Source of the DNA: a virus
Strand: one strand, 5' to 3'
Length of the DNA stretch: 64,000 nt
IMG/VR virus record: IMGVR_UViG_3300025141_016305
Location: 1 to 64,000 of that record
The notes beneath the pieces were generated by a model, which saw only the letters and a list, made by a program, of their open reading frames with translations, ran no database searches and was not told the origin of the DNA. This document shows positions 9,299-19,200 of the stretch, piece after piece. The translations under genes were made by a program, and so were the position numbers. Each line of letters starts with the position of its first letter. Position 1 is the stretch's first letter.

Positions 9299-10867
9299 TC
9301 AAGTCTCGACAATACTATGATTTGTCAGTAAAAGAGTGGCAGCTACTGATACAGCATTCTTAAGAGCACATCTAGTTACTTTTGCTGGGTCGATTATTCC
9401 TTCTTTTAGAAGATTTGACTTTTTGCCTGTTGAAAAGTTAATGCCCTCAAACTCTTTACAGTCAGAAACCTTCAGTGAAGCTACTTCAGAATTTAGTCCC
9501 GCGTTTTCTGACATGGTGTTGAATGGAGCCTTTAGGGCATTCTTAAAAATTGATAAGGCGGTTGATTGTTCCTCGTTGTCAAAATTCACTATCATATTTT
9601 TAGATATATTAAACAAAACCATACCTCCGCCGGGTACAATACCTTCCTGCTGTGCTGACTTTACAGCCTCTAGGGCGTCTTCGATACGATGTTTCTTTTC
9701 GATCATTTCTACTTCTGAAGATGCACCCACTCGGATAATAGCAACGCCAGAAGAAAGGCGAGTAATGCGATTCTGAAGTCGTTCGGCTTCATGAAGATCA
9801 TCAGTTCTTTCAATCTCTTCTTTAACTTTTTCAATTCTTTCCTCTATTTTTTCGTAGTTACCTTCTCCGTCGACGACCGTTGTCTCGCTTTTGCTGATCT
9901 CTATTGAGCTAGCAGATCCAAAATCACTCAACGAAACATTTGTTATTTTATGTCCCATAGATTGCTGGAAAAACTTAGCTCCGGTAGAAAGAGCAAGATC
10001 AGACATGATGGCTCTTCTTTCTTCTCCGTACCTTGGAGCCTTCACGGCGGCGACTTTCATCGAACCCCTCATAGAATTCATTATTAGCGCGGCTAGGGCT
10101 TGACCTTCGATTTCGTCCGCAATAATAATAAACGGCCTATTCTCTCTCGCAGCAATTTCAAGCGCTGGTAAGATTTCATTGACTTGTTCAATTTTGGAAT
10201 CAGTAATCAAAAAGATAGGTCTCTCATATTTGCAGGTTGATCTTCTCTCGTCTGTGACGAATGCATTGGCTATATATCCACTATCAAACCTAAAACCCTC
10301 GACGAGATCTAAAGTTGTCTCATGGGATCTTGCAGCCTCAATTGTTATTGAACCATTTTTGCCAACCTTATCAACAGCTGTAGCTACCAGGTTGCCAATC
10401 ACGGAATCGTTATTTGCAGAAATAGTTGCGATGTGTTCTATGTCTTCGGATGAAGATATAGGAGTTGCTACTTCGTTGATTGTTGTCAAGGCCACTTCGA
10501 GGCACTGCTCAAGGCCCCTCTTAATTTCAATTGGGCTAGTGCCCGTATTAATATATCTATCTGCCTGATTTAATATCTCTCTTGCTAGCACGGTAGATGT
10601 TGTGGTACCATCTCCGGCTTCGGCGTTGGTCATTGCTGATACTTGCTTTACAACTTCTGCCCCTGCATTAACATGCGGATCTTTAAAGGACACGTTTTGT
10701 GCAACGGTCACGCCGTCTTTTGTAACGAAAGGTCTTTTCCCTTTTTGTTGGATCAAAACATTTTGACCTTTTGGTCCAAGTGTAGTAGCTACGTAATCCG
10801 CCAAAGTATTGACGCCTTCAAGGACCTTGTTGCGGAGTTCGGTCCCATGGCTAAGTTGTGTGGTCAT
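9299..10867 (-). CDS. groEL: Chaperonin GroEL (phage-type)
   Basis: TLGPKG, TKDGVTVA, AGDGTTT, GIVPGGG and GIIDPAKV. Confidence 0.95.
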   Translation of the reverse strand: MTTQLSHGTELRNKVLEGVNTLADYVATTLGPKGQNVLIQQKGKRPFVTKDGVTVAQNVSFKDPHVNAGAEVVKQVSAMTNAEAGDGTTTSTVLAREILNQADRYINTGTSPIEIKRGLEQCLEVALTTINEVATPISSSEDIEHIATISANNDSVIGNLVATAVDKVGKNGSITIEAARSHETTLDLVEGFRFDSGYIANAFVTDERRSTCKYERPIFLITDSKIEQVNEILPALEIAARENRPFIIIADEIEGQALAALIMNSMRGSMKVAAVKAPRYGEERRAIMSDLALSTGAKFFQQSMGHKITNVSLSDFGSASSIEISKSETTVVDGEGNYEKIEERIEKVKEEIERTDDLHEAERLQNRITRLSSGVAIIRVGASSEVEMIEKKHRIEDALEAVKSAQQEGIVPGGGMVLFNISKNMIVNFDNEEQSTALSIFKNALKAPFNTMSENAGLNSEVASLKVSDCKEFEGINFSTGKKSNLLKEGIIDPAKVTRCALKNAVSVAATLLLTNHSIVET

Positions 10868-10894
10868 TATAACTCGCTTTCATGTGATGTATAT

Positions 10895-10923
10895 ACTATA
10901 ATATATTTTTAGGTAAATGTCAA
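10895..10923 (-). promoter_or_regulatory. Sigma70-type promoter of groEL
   Basis: TTGACA-N17-TATAGT. Confidence 0.75.
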
Positions 10924-10929
10924 GGGGTT

Positions 10930-12474
10930 TTATTCAGAAAAACCAAAACTCAACTGAGTGTCATCGGCTTTTTCTACTGAGGCAATGGCTTCATCTGTAG
11001 CCTCTTTCAGTAACTCAAGATCTTGTGTTGCAGCAAGTGCGTGCTGCTTTCTCCCTTCTCCATCTTGCGACCCCAAGAAGTATTTAGATACGTTATCGTT
11101 AAACCTTCCCAAAAAGGTATAGACTGGGGTGATTGTCTTTTTCATAATATCGCCATAAAGTAGCCATGTTTTTTTCAGCTGCTCATCGCCCAATAACACA
11201 TAAGCTATTTCTCTTTCATTTGCTATACTCTTCGCTTGATCTGGCGTGAACTCAAACTGTTCTTTTTTGATGTAGCCGCGGGTCTTTCTAAGTGCTGCTA
11301 TTATTTCGTTTTTGTCTCCAGTGCTTATAGCTTGCTGCACTGCATTGAACTGTTCACCGGACCCAAACAACCTAGTGGCTTTGACGCTCTTTGTATAATC
11401 TTCTTCCGAATACCCTATAACTGCAGAAGGCAAGTCATCAGCGGCTTGAATCGCTGACATTAATCTTTGTTTTTCTTGTTCTCCCTTCTTTCCTCTTAGA
11501 GAGAAGTTAGATTTTCCCCCAACCCTTTGTGAGAATCGAACCTGGAAGACTCTATCTCCTAGATCTTGAAGTGCTGCGACTAACTCTTCTTTGTTTTCTA
11601 CATTTTTTGTTGCCTTTGCAAATTTCTTGAATGGATCATAAAATACTTGTATGTAATTTGCAAGAGTAATTTCAAACTCGCTAAATAATAGGCTATCGGA
11701 AGCACCGGAACCAGAGCGTCTTGCATCTAAATAAACAACGTGATCACGGCCCCCGGCAAAGTGCTCCACCATGTTTCTCCAAGAACCCTTAACAGCAGTT
11801 TTAGGGTTAAGAAGTTTCAAAGAATACTCTCTATCACCAAGCTGGACGTCCGTTATTGGCTTTCCTGTGGCGTCATCTTCTGCTTCTACATCTGTAATCT
11901 GCACAGACCCTTCTCCAAATAATCCAGCGAGAAAGCCTTCAAAAATAAACCCACCAGCAGCCTCAGTAAATTGTGCCAATATTGTACTTAGCACCTCCAG
12001 TACAACCATAGTTGAAAGAACTTCTCCGACAGATGCCAGCTGAACTTCTCCAGTCGCTACATTATTGATGTGTGCTAGTTTTTCTTCCAAAGTACCACCG
12101 GGAATGCCTCGGGTAAAGCCTTCAATAATTTGCCTGTCGCGAGACTCAGGCACTCCCCAATCTTCCGAGATTCTTAATTTTGGCAGGCCGAGTTTGATTT
12201 CTTCTGCCGTAGGTTCATTTTCTTTCTCTAATATGATTTGATCGAGAGTCTTATTCTCGTTCAACATAGAACGAGATAAAGCGGAATAATCAATGCCAGA
12301 GAAGATTTCTAAAAGAGTATTTTGAAAGAAATCGTCCGAAAGAAGAGATCTCTGCTTGTTTGTTAGTGTCTTTTTTTGATCTTTCCAGACCTCTTCAAAC
12401 AAGGAAAATAGCCCATCCTTTGAAGATATCGTTTGTTTTTTATTCTCAGAAAGCACTTCTCTATACCAAGTCAT
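10930..12474 (-). CDS. Hypothetical protein with a PD-(D/E)XK-like nuclease motif; candidate virion protein
   Basis: Start MTWYREVLSE with a GGAGGAG SD; GFIFEGFLAGLF...PITDV....EYSLK. Confidence 0.5.
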   Translation of the reverse strand: MTWYREVLSENKKQTISSKDGLFSLFEEVWKDQKKTLTNKQRSLLSDDFFQNTLLEIFSGIDYSALSRSMLNENKTLDQIILEKENEPTAEEIKLGLPKLRISEDWGVPESRDRQIIEGFTRGIPGGTLEEKLAHINNVATGEVQLASVGEVLSTMVVLEVLSTILAQFTEAAGGFIFEGFLAGLFGEGSVQITDVEAEDDATGKPITDVQLGDREYSLKLLNPKTAVKGSWRNMVEHFAGGRDHVVYLDARRSGSGASDSLLFSEFEITLANYIQVFYDPFKKFAKATKNVENKEELVAALQDLGDRVFQVRFSQRVGGKSNFSLRGKKGEQEKQRLMSAIQAADDLPSAVIGYSEEDYTKSVKATRLFGSGEQFNAVQQAISTGDKNEIIAALRKTRGYIKKEQFEFTPDQAKSIANEREIAYVLLGDEQLKKTWLLYGDIMKKTITPVYTFLGRFNDNVSKYFLGSQDGEGRKQHALAATQDLELLKEATDEAIASVEKADDTQLSFGFSE

Positions 12475-12496
12475 ATTACAGTTCTCCTCCAACTAA

Positions 12497-13210
12497 TTAG
12501 ATTATTTCGTCAGCAATACCCATTTTTATCGCTTCTTCTGCCGAGAAGTATGTATCTTTTTGGGTTTTCAAAATCTTGCGAATTTTTGCCGGGGTTAATT
12601 TTGTGTAATTCGCTAGACACTTTATATAACTATCTTGGACCCACTTGATCTCCTCTAGTTCGTTTTCCATTGAAAAGATGGTCCCTCCGGTGCCGGCCAT
12701 TACGTTGTGTAGCATGACTCTACAATTTCTGCCTATCTTTCTCTTGCCTGGGGTTCCGGCGGCGAGGATTGGCACACCAGCTGACATTACCTTTCCGATA
12801 CCGATGGTCTCAATGTCACAAGTTGCCCCTTTAATCGAATCCATAACATCAATAATCGAAAACATATCCGAAGCAGTGCCACCATGAGTTGAAACATACA
12901 TATTAATATTTCTTGCAACCATAATTGGCGAACTTTCCGGATCGGAAGGGTCCTCTAGCATAGTAGTTATAGCTGAGTTTTGAAAAAACAAAAGCGCAGC
13001 AACGACTTCTGATCCTCTCTTCTCTGTTATATCTCCATATAAATTTATAGTTCTTAACTCTGGATGTTCTTGTTCTGGAGGGTGAATGTTGTTAACAATA
13101 ATAAATTGTTCTTCTAATTTTTTCTTTTTTTTCTTTTGCTTTTCTTTCTTTTGCTTTTCTTTCTTTTGCTTTTCTTCTGCGGAAGGCAACGTGGAAACTC
13201 TTTTTATCAC
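12497..13210 (-). CDS. clpP: ClpP-family protease
   Basis: RTINLYG, STHGG, GKVMSAG (Ser), MLHN (His), KDTYFSAEEAIKMGIAD (Asp); Lys-rich N-terminal extension. Confidence 0.9.
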   Translation of the reverse strand: MIKRVSTLPSAEEKQKKEKQKKEKQKKKKKKLEEQFIIVNNIHPPEQEHPELRTINLYGDITEKRGSEVVAALLFFQNSAITTMLEDPSDPESSPIMVARNINMYVSTHGGTASDMFSIIDVMDSIKGATCDIETIGIGKVMSAGVPILAAGTPGKRKIGRNCRVMLHNVMAGTGGTIFSMENELEEIKWVQDSYIKCLANYTKLTPAKIRKILKTQKDTYFSAEEAIKMGIADEII

Positions 13211-13243
13211 TTTTTCTCCTTATGTTAGTGATTTTGTTCTTAC

Positions 13244-13251
13244 ATTATACA
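13244..13251 (-). promoter_or_regulatory. -10 element upstream of clpP
   Basis: TGTATAAT on the minus strand; no clear -35. Confidence 0.45.
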
Positions 13252-13273
13252 ATATCTTTACCAAAAAAACAAC

Positions 13274-13301
13274 AAAAAAGCCCCATGGGGCTGGGGCTTT
13301 T
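13274..13301 (-). terminator. Rho-independent terminator
   Basis: AAAAGCCCCA...TGGGGCTTTTTT hairpin plus U-tract. Confidence 0.75.
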
Positions 13302-13324
13302 ATGAGTGACGAGTGTATTATGTT

Positions 13325-13894
13325 TTACTTTCTATTCTTTTTTAGTTTCTCTGAAACTATCTTTTTTGTTATTCTTTTTAGGACCTCTTGCACAAGGGCT
13401 TCCTGCTCTTGCATGACTGGTTCCTCTTCTTCCTCTTCGGGTTCGCCTACATCTCCCAGATCTTCCATGTCGTCCATGGGCATTTCTTCCTCGGCGGCGT
13501 CGGCACCTACGAGCTGCTGAAGCCTGGAACCTAAATCAATTAAGAGCCTTGCTTCTTCTTCCGATAAGCTCATATCTGCTTCTGCTGCCGGGGCGTCTGC
13601 TTCGGGCTCTCCCATATCCATCTCTAACTCTTCATCTTCGACTGGGACTTCTTCTTCTTCGTCTCTGGCATACACTCCCATGCCCTCTTCGACGTCTGCT
13701 TCGCGGTTGGCGTTTTCGCCATCAAGATTTTCTTCGATCTCTTCGTCTTCATTAACCTCTTCTTCGTTTTCTTCAGTAATCTCTTCTTCGTTGAAGTTTT
13801 CCTGGATAAAGCTGTTAGACAACGGACCAGTATTGGCCAGTGTCATGAAGCGTCGAATCGTGCTCTCTGAAAGTAGTTTTTTCTCATCACTCAT
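13325..13894 (-). CDS. Highly acidic protein, probable prohead core/internal protein
   Basis: Very E/D-rich; N-terminal LLSESTIRRFMTLA, several L/I/V-x-E sites and a late motif upstream. Confidence 0.6.
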   Translation of the reverse strand: MSDEKKLLSESTIRRFMTLANTGPLSNSFIQENFNEEEITEENEEEVNEDEEIEENLDGENANREADVEEGMGVYARDEEEEVPVEDEELEMDMGEPEADAPAAEADMSLSEEEARLLIDLGSRLQQLVGADAAEEEMPMDDMEDLGDVGEPEEEEEEPVMQEQEALVQEVLKRITKKIVSEKLKKNRK

Positions 13895-13953
13895 TTGTTT
13901 GAATCTCCTTTAAGAATAGTGATTATTCAATAATACAGTTATAAATAGTAACT

Positions 13954-14211
13954 TTACTTAAGAAAAGTCATATTTTTTATTCGTTTTGAAAGCTTATTTA
14001 GTGCTGCTTTTTCTATTTGAGAAACCCTAACAATAGAAACACCTAACCTATCAGCAATCATTTCGAGGGTCATCGGGCCGTGCTTGTCTATTGATTTTAG
14101 TGCGCAGTTATCATCTTCTGGGCAATCTATCCACATTCTATAATGCTCTTTATCTTTTTCGTCGACCCCACAAGCACAATTAGGGCCACAATTTTCACAT
14201 TTATCACTCAT
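13954..14211 (-). CDS. Cys-rich protein with a sigma70 region-4-like HTH
   Basis: MTLEMIADRLGVSIVRVSQIEKAALNKL; N-terminal CENC..CAC and WIDC..DNC. Confidence 0.75.
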   Translation of the reverse strand: MSDKCENCGPNCACGVDEKDKEHYRMWIDCPEDDNCALKSIDKHGPMTLEMIADRLGVSIVRVSQIEKAALNKLSKRIKNMTFLK

Positions 14212-14530
14212 CCAAGGCGTGCTCCTCGATAATATCAAATATATCATCCTTATCAGCCTCGGTTATCCCAAGTTCTCTCAATAAATCTTTCGATTGATCG
14301 TAGTCTTTTCGTGTTTTTTTCAATTTATTTTTCCCCATTATATTTTGTTCTTGTTTTATATCATGCACCAGTCTTAACATAACCGGATCTTTGTTGATAT
14401 ATTTTATTAAAATGCTTCTAAAAAACTCACTCTGTTTTAATCCATCATACCTTAATCTTATCTTTAAGTCAATAGATTCGTGCTCATAGCAAAAAAAAGT
14501 GAATGTTGTATTTTTGTTAGGATCCCTCAT
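14204..14530 (-). CDS. Possible ribbon-helix-helix DNA-binding protein
   Basis: Beta-strand TFTFF, a helix, then GLKQSEFFRSIL. Confidence 0.5.
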   Translation of the reverse strand: MRDPNKNTTFTFFCYEHESIDLKIRLRYDGLKQSEFFRSILIKYINKDPVMLRLVHDIKQEQNIMGKNKLKKTRKDYDQSKDLLRELGITEADKDDIFDIIEEHALDE

Positions 14531-15534
14531 CGCGGCAGAATATGCGTGCGACTTTCAGCTAAACCAGATACAGATTGTTGAACAAACTTCGCAGTTGTTT
14601 GAAGTTGAAAAATATTTCTGCAGCCGCTGTAAGATAGACCGCTTCTAATGTTTTGCCTCAAGCCATCGAGAATCTTCAAAACACTTCCCTTGTGCGGGAT
14701 TGTAGTTGAAACCCCCTCAAGTGATCTTGCTTCTCCCCTCCAATCTTTCTGGGCTTCAACACTGGCCATTCCCCTATACACCTTGTATTGTTTTCCGTCA
14801 GCTGATAAAAAGGATTCTCCTGGAGATTCGTCTGTGCCCGCGAGAAGAGAACCAAGCATAACAAAATCCGCACCGGCCGCAAGAGCCTTTACAATGTCTC
14901 CAGCACTCTTGATGCCTCCATCTGCTATAATCGGCACATCACAATCGGTGCGCGCACAGTCATAAACTGATTGGAACGTGGGCATGCCATGGCCAGTCTG
15001 GATCCTCGTGGAACAAATAGACCCTCCGCCAATTCCGACCCTAATAGCATCAGCACCCCAATGGGCTAAATCCTTATAAGCTTCGGGGGATGCCACGTTG
15101 CCGGCGATGATAGAGACCGAGTCTCCAAAATTCTCCTTTAGAGTCTTAAGAGCTTCCTTCATTAGTTTATGGTGGCCATGGGCTACATCGACACATATGA
15201 TCTTTACGCCACAATCATACAGGGCCCATGCTCTCTCTTCGAAGTCACCAGAAACGCCGACTGCGGCTGCAACAACACGGAGTTCAGAATCTTTTACCAT
15301 GTCACATTGTTCTTGTATTGTGTTGTACCTGTGTATGACCCCTAGGGCGCCTCGGTCATACATAACCGAGGCCATATCTGTTTCCGTTACCGTATCCATA
15401 GGACTGGATATAATCGGCAAACTAAACTTAGTTTTCCCTATTGTTCTTGTGAGATCTATTTCACTTCTGGATTTAACATCACTGTATTGTGGAAGTAATA
15501 ATACATCATCAAAAGAAAACGCATTCTTAAACAT
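14527..15534 (-). CDS. guaB: IMP dehydrogenase/GMP reductase family protein (no CBS domains)
   Basis: [39 protein letters not shown] and YRGMAS. Confidence 0.9.
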   Translation of the reverse strand: MFKNAFSFDDVLLLPQYSDVKSRSEIDLTRTIGKTKFSLPIISSPMDTVTETDMASVMYDRGALGVIHRYNTIQEQCDMVKDSELRVVAAAVGVSGDFEERAWALYDCGVKIICVDVAHGHHKLMKEALKTLKENFGDSVSIIAGNVASPEAYKDLAHWGADAIRVGIGGGSICSTRIQTGHGMPTFQSVYDCARTDCDVPIIADGGIKSAGDIVKALAAGADFVMLGSLLAGTDESPGESFLSADGKQYKVYRGMASVEAQKDWRGEARSLEGVSTTIPHKGSVLKILDGLRQNIRSGLSYSGCRNIFQLQTTAKFVQQSVSGLAESRTHILPR

Positions 15535-15757
15535 TTTCCAACTCCTTTTCTTCTTCTTTATTATAACAGTTTGTACATACTAAGTCAATATTATCTGAAT
15601 ATTTATCAATGTGCCAATCGTCAATCTTCTCTCCGGGGACAGGTGCGTATCCGCAACGACTACATGCGACTTGTCTTTTAAAGTTTTTCATACTTTTTTT
15701 AAAGTCTTTGAAAAATTTTTGCTGTTGTTTTCTTTTGATTTTTCTTGCAAATCCCAC
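15527..15757 (-). CDS. Small basic zinc-finger protein
   Basis: CSRC...CTNC with a Lys-rich N-terminus. Confidence 0.65.
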   Translation of the reverse strand: MGFARKIKRKQQQKFFKDFKKSMKNFKRQVACSRCGYAPVPGEKIDDWHIDKYSDNIDLVCTNCYNKEEEKELENV

Positions 15758-15758
15758 T

Positions 15759-16217
15759 TCATTCCCCTGTCGACCCTAATGCGCCGTGGCCACGAGAAGT
15801 TTCTTTGCCATAGATATTGTCTTCCTCTATAACTTCCAAAGCAGGCGTTGCAACTTTCACAAAAACTCCTTGTGCTAATTTTTGGCCTGGCTCTATCATT
15901 TGTGTTTCTCTTCCGATGTTGTGCAAATTAATAAATATCTCTCCAGTATATCCCTTATCTACAACGCATGCGCCCGTAACAAGAGACTTGCTGGATGCAA
16001 CACCAGACTTATTCATAATTTGCAACATATGACCTTGTGGAACTTCCACCTTTACACCAGTTTGTAACACAACGGAAGACCCGGGGTGGACAACAACCTC
16101 GCCTCTCTCTTGTGGGCAAAAATAAAAATCCATACCTGCATCGTCAGAATGCGCTCTTGATGGAATCTTTGCCGTTTCTCTTACCCTATACACTCTTACA
16201 CTATCTTGTTCAATCAT
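15759..16217 (-). CDS. dut: dUTPase (trimeric)
   Basis: AGMD, KSG, VVDKGYTGEI, KLAQ and RGHGALGSTG motifs. Confidence 0.95.
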   Translation of the reverse strand: MIEQDSVRVYRVRETAKIPSRAHSDDAGMDFYFCPQERGEVVVHPGSSVVLQTGVKVEVPQGHMLQIMNKSGVASSKSLVTGACVVDKGYTGEIFINLHNIGRETQMIEPGQKLAQGVFVKVATPALEVIEEDNIYGKETSRGHGALGSTGE

Positions 16218-16225
16218 GATACCTC

Positions 16226-19200
16226 CTATGCTAATAACTTGAACATTCTTCTCATACTAAAAGTGGAGAATCCCCACTGCTGATTGTGATTCAGTCTGGC
16301 CATGTAGGGCCGATTGATATGCACAATATCTCTGTCAGGATCAACACCCCAACATCTAATTACGTTTGTTTCGTTATTGTCATCAATAACCTTGACAACG
16401 TAAAAATTCTTACCGTTCTTTGATTTCTTCAGTTTGTATTCTCGCGGGATGAACCAAGTCACACCAAGTTCAGGGTCAAATTCTGAAATAGGCGGAATAT
16501 AAAGTTCGTCCAACTTCTGTCGGACCCTGGGTGTGACTACTGCGCTAATTGGAAACACGCCAGTTAATGAAACTAGGTACTCCAACTTCTCTTCTTCTGT
16601 GAAATCGCCTTCCGGGGCATACGTCTCTATGTTTTCTATCAAATTCTTTTCTTTTCGGGGGCGGTCGACGACGCATGCAGACCAGAAATGCTTAAGGCCG
16701 GTGAATCTATCATCAACCAAATCGTTTAAAGCCTGGCCGCGGCAAAGGGCGTCTAAAGCTTTTTTGTTAAGCTTCGAGTACTTTACCTCGGGATGAAACA
16801 AGAACTCCTCTATCGTATTAAATGGCCGGTGAGCAATAATTTGCTGAATTGCTACTGCTCCAAGGCCCTTAATAGAAGTTAAGGGTTGAACCAACGTTTT
16901 GTCATCTTCTGATATATCCCAGACGGTACCAGATGTATTAACATTTAGAGGCTCAACTTTGTACCCCATAGACTTAGCAGTAGAAATGGCCCTCTCTTTC
17001 CTTGTCTCTGGCTCTTTGTCAAGGAAAGCAGCTAGCCATTCTGCTGGATAATAATTAAGAAGATAAGCACACTGATAAGATAACACACAATACGAAACAG
17101 CGTGAGACTTATTGAAACCATACCCTGAAAAGTACTCAAACTTCTCCCAGAGTTCTTTTGCTTGCCATGGCTGCATTCCTTTTTCGATACACCCATCTTT
17201 AAATTTACTCCAAATCTCGTCCTTCTGCTCTTGAACTTCTCCTGTGCCTTTCTTAGTCAGAAGCTTTCTAAGCTTGTTGCCTTCATCCAGGGTGAGATTC
17301 TTGCCAAGCTTATGAGCAAGCATGGCAATCTGCTCTTGAAAGATCAGAAACCCATACGTCTCTCCTGTTACTTCCCGAATAACTTCGTTAAGATATTCGA
17401 CGTCTTCTGGATTATGCTTGGCATTAACGTATATCTTATCCACTCCAGCGGAGAGAGGGCCAGGGCGGTATATACTAGTAATAGCAGCCAAATCAATGAT
17501 ATTATCTGGTCTAGCTCTTTTACAAAAGCTTTGAGCGCCTGCTTCTGTGAACTGAAATATTCCTGCCCATTTTCCTTCATGAAAAATATTCTCCCATACT
17601 TGCTTGTCGTTCAGATCAATCTTTTCTGGGTGTAAGTTTTCTTCGTAGTAATCTTTAATGTCCTGGAAAGTTGGACTCTCGATGCCATGATGTCTTTTTA
17701 GGATTCTTTCGATTGCACCCTCTAACATACGTAGTGAAGCCAACCCAAGAATATCAAATTTAATGAACCCCATTGGTTCCAAATGTCTAACATTCTGGCC
17801 TTCAGACCAAGGTGTCTGGCGTACGCCTCCAGAATTAATAAGCGGCATCCACTCATCCAAATTCTCACCAACCACAACTCCGCCGGCATGACGAGAAGCA
17901 GACCTTGTTTGGCCATAAAGCTTTTCAACATGCGTCTTAATGTGTGGATATTTTTTCAAGAAATTCTGCAAAGACTCCGAAAACTCCATCAATTCTTCAA
18001 AAGTTGGAGCATAAACACCTGCGGTAATACCATGTCTCTTCTTTGCAAGAGGTGTCGCTTCGTAAACCATCTTGCTTGTCACATTATTAACTTCTGTAAA
18101 CTCTATTCCATAAAACTTTGAAATGTCTTTTACTAGAGACCGCAGCTGCAAAGTGTTCCAGTTGGTAATTGGAACCACTGAGTTGTCCCCCCACTCTTCA
18201 ATGAGTTCTTCTTTCAGTGTCATTGGGTCTGACACATCATAGTCAATGTCAGGATAGCCAGAACCTCCCTTGGTCAAAAATCTTTCGAACTGAAGCCTGT
18301 ATTTAATGGGATCAACCTGGGTGATGTTCAACACATAAGCGACCAGTGAGCCGGCTGCAGAGCCTCTACCTGCTCCAACCAACTGTCTATCAACAGCAAC
18401 ATCAGCAATGGACTTCATTGTTAAGAAATACTTGGAAAAGCCTCGGTCTTCGATAACACTTACCTCGTATTTGAGTCTCTCAACGTATTCTTTGTTGTTT
18501 TGTAAGTTAAGAGAGCGCAAACCCTCAACACACAGAGCTGATAACGTCTGGCCAGCAGTGGAACCTTCTGGAACTACAAAATCAGGCAACCGTACAGTGT
18601 TGTCTGGTAAAAAGGAGTCAATGCGCTCATGAGCAATCTTATAAGTTCTGGCGATGGAAGCCAGAACGACCTCATCATCATACTCTACGCCGGATTCTGC
18701 AGAATACTTCTTGTAAGATTCCCACATCTGATCTCCGTTTTTTGGATAAAGTTCATAGCCAATCTCTTCGACGGAGATGGGCAACTCTTCGGATAAGTAA
18801 TCAGGCCGACCTTTGCCAAGCCAACCTAGACGCTTATAAAGCTCTCTATCCTTCCAAACGCCAGGGTTATAATAGTGAGAGTCTGCAGTAGAAATAAGTT
18901 CAATACCAAATTCCTGATGCATTTGAATAATGTATTGGTTTAGTTCATGTTGTTCTGGTATGTTGTTCCATTGCAACTCACCGTACCAGCGGTCTCCAAA
19001 AATAGACTGCATTTTTTGTGTTGTTTCTCTCATAGCTGAGAGCACCATGTCTGGGCCGGTGTCTCTGTTTTCCCAATAGTTTCCAGCATAGACGCCACCT
19101 AAACATGCACTAGCACCAATCACACCTTCGTTGTGTTTCTTAAGCATTGCATAATCGACTCTAGGATAGCGATAAAAGTTATCGCCACTATAGGATCTTG

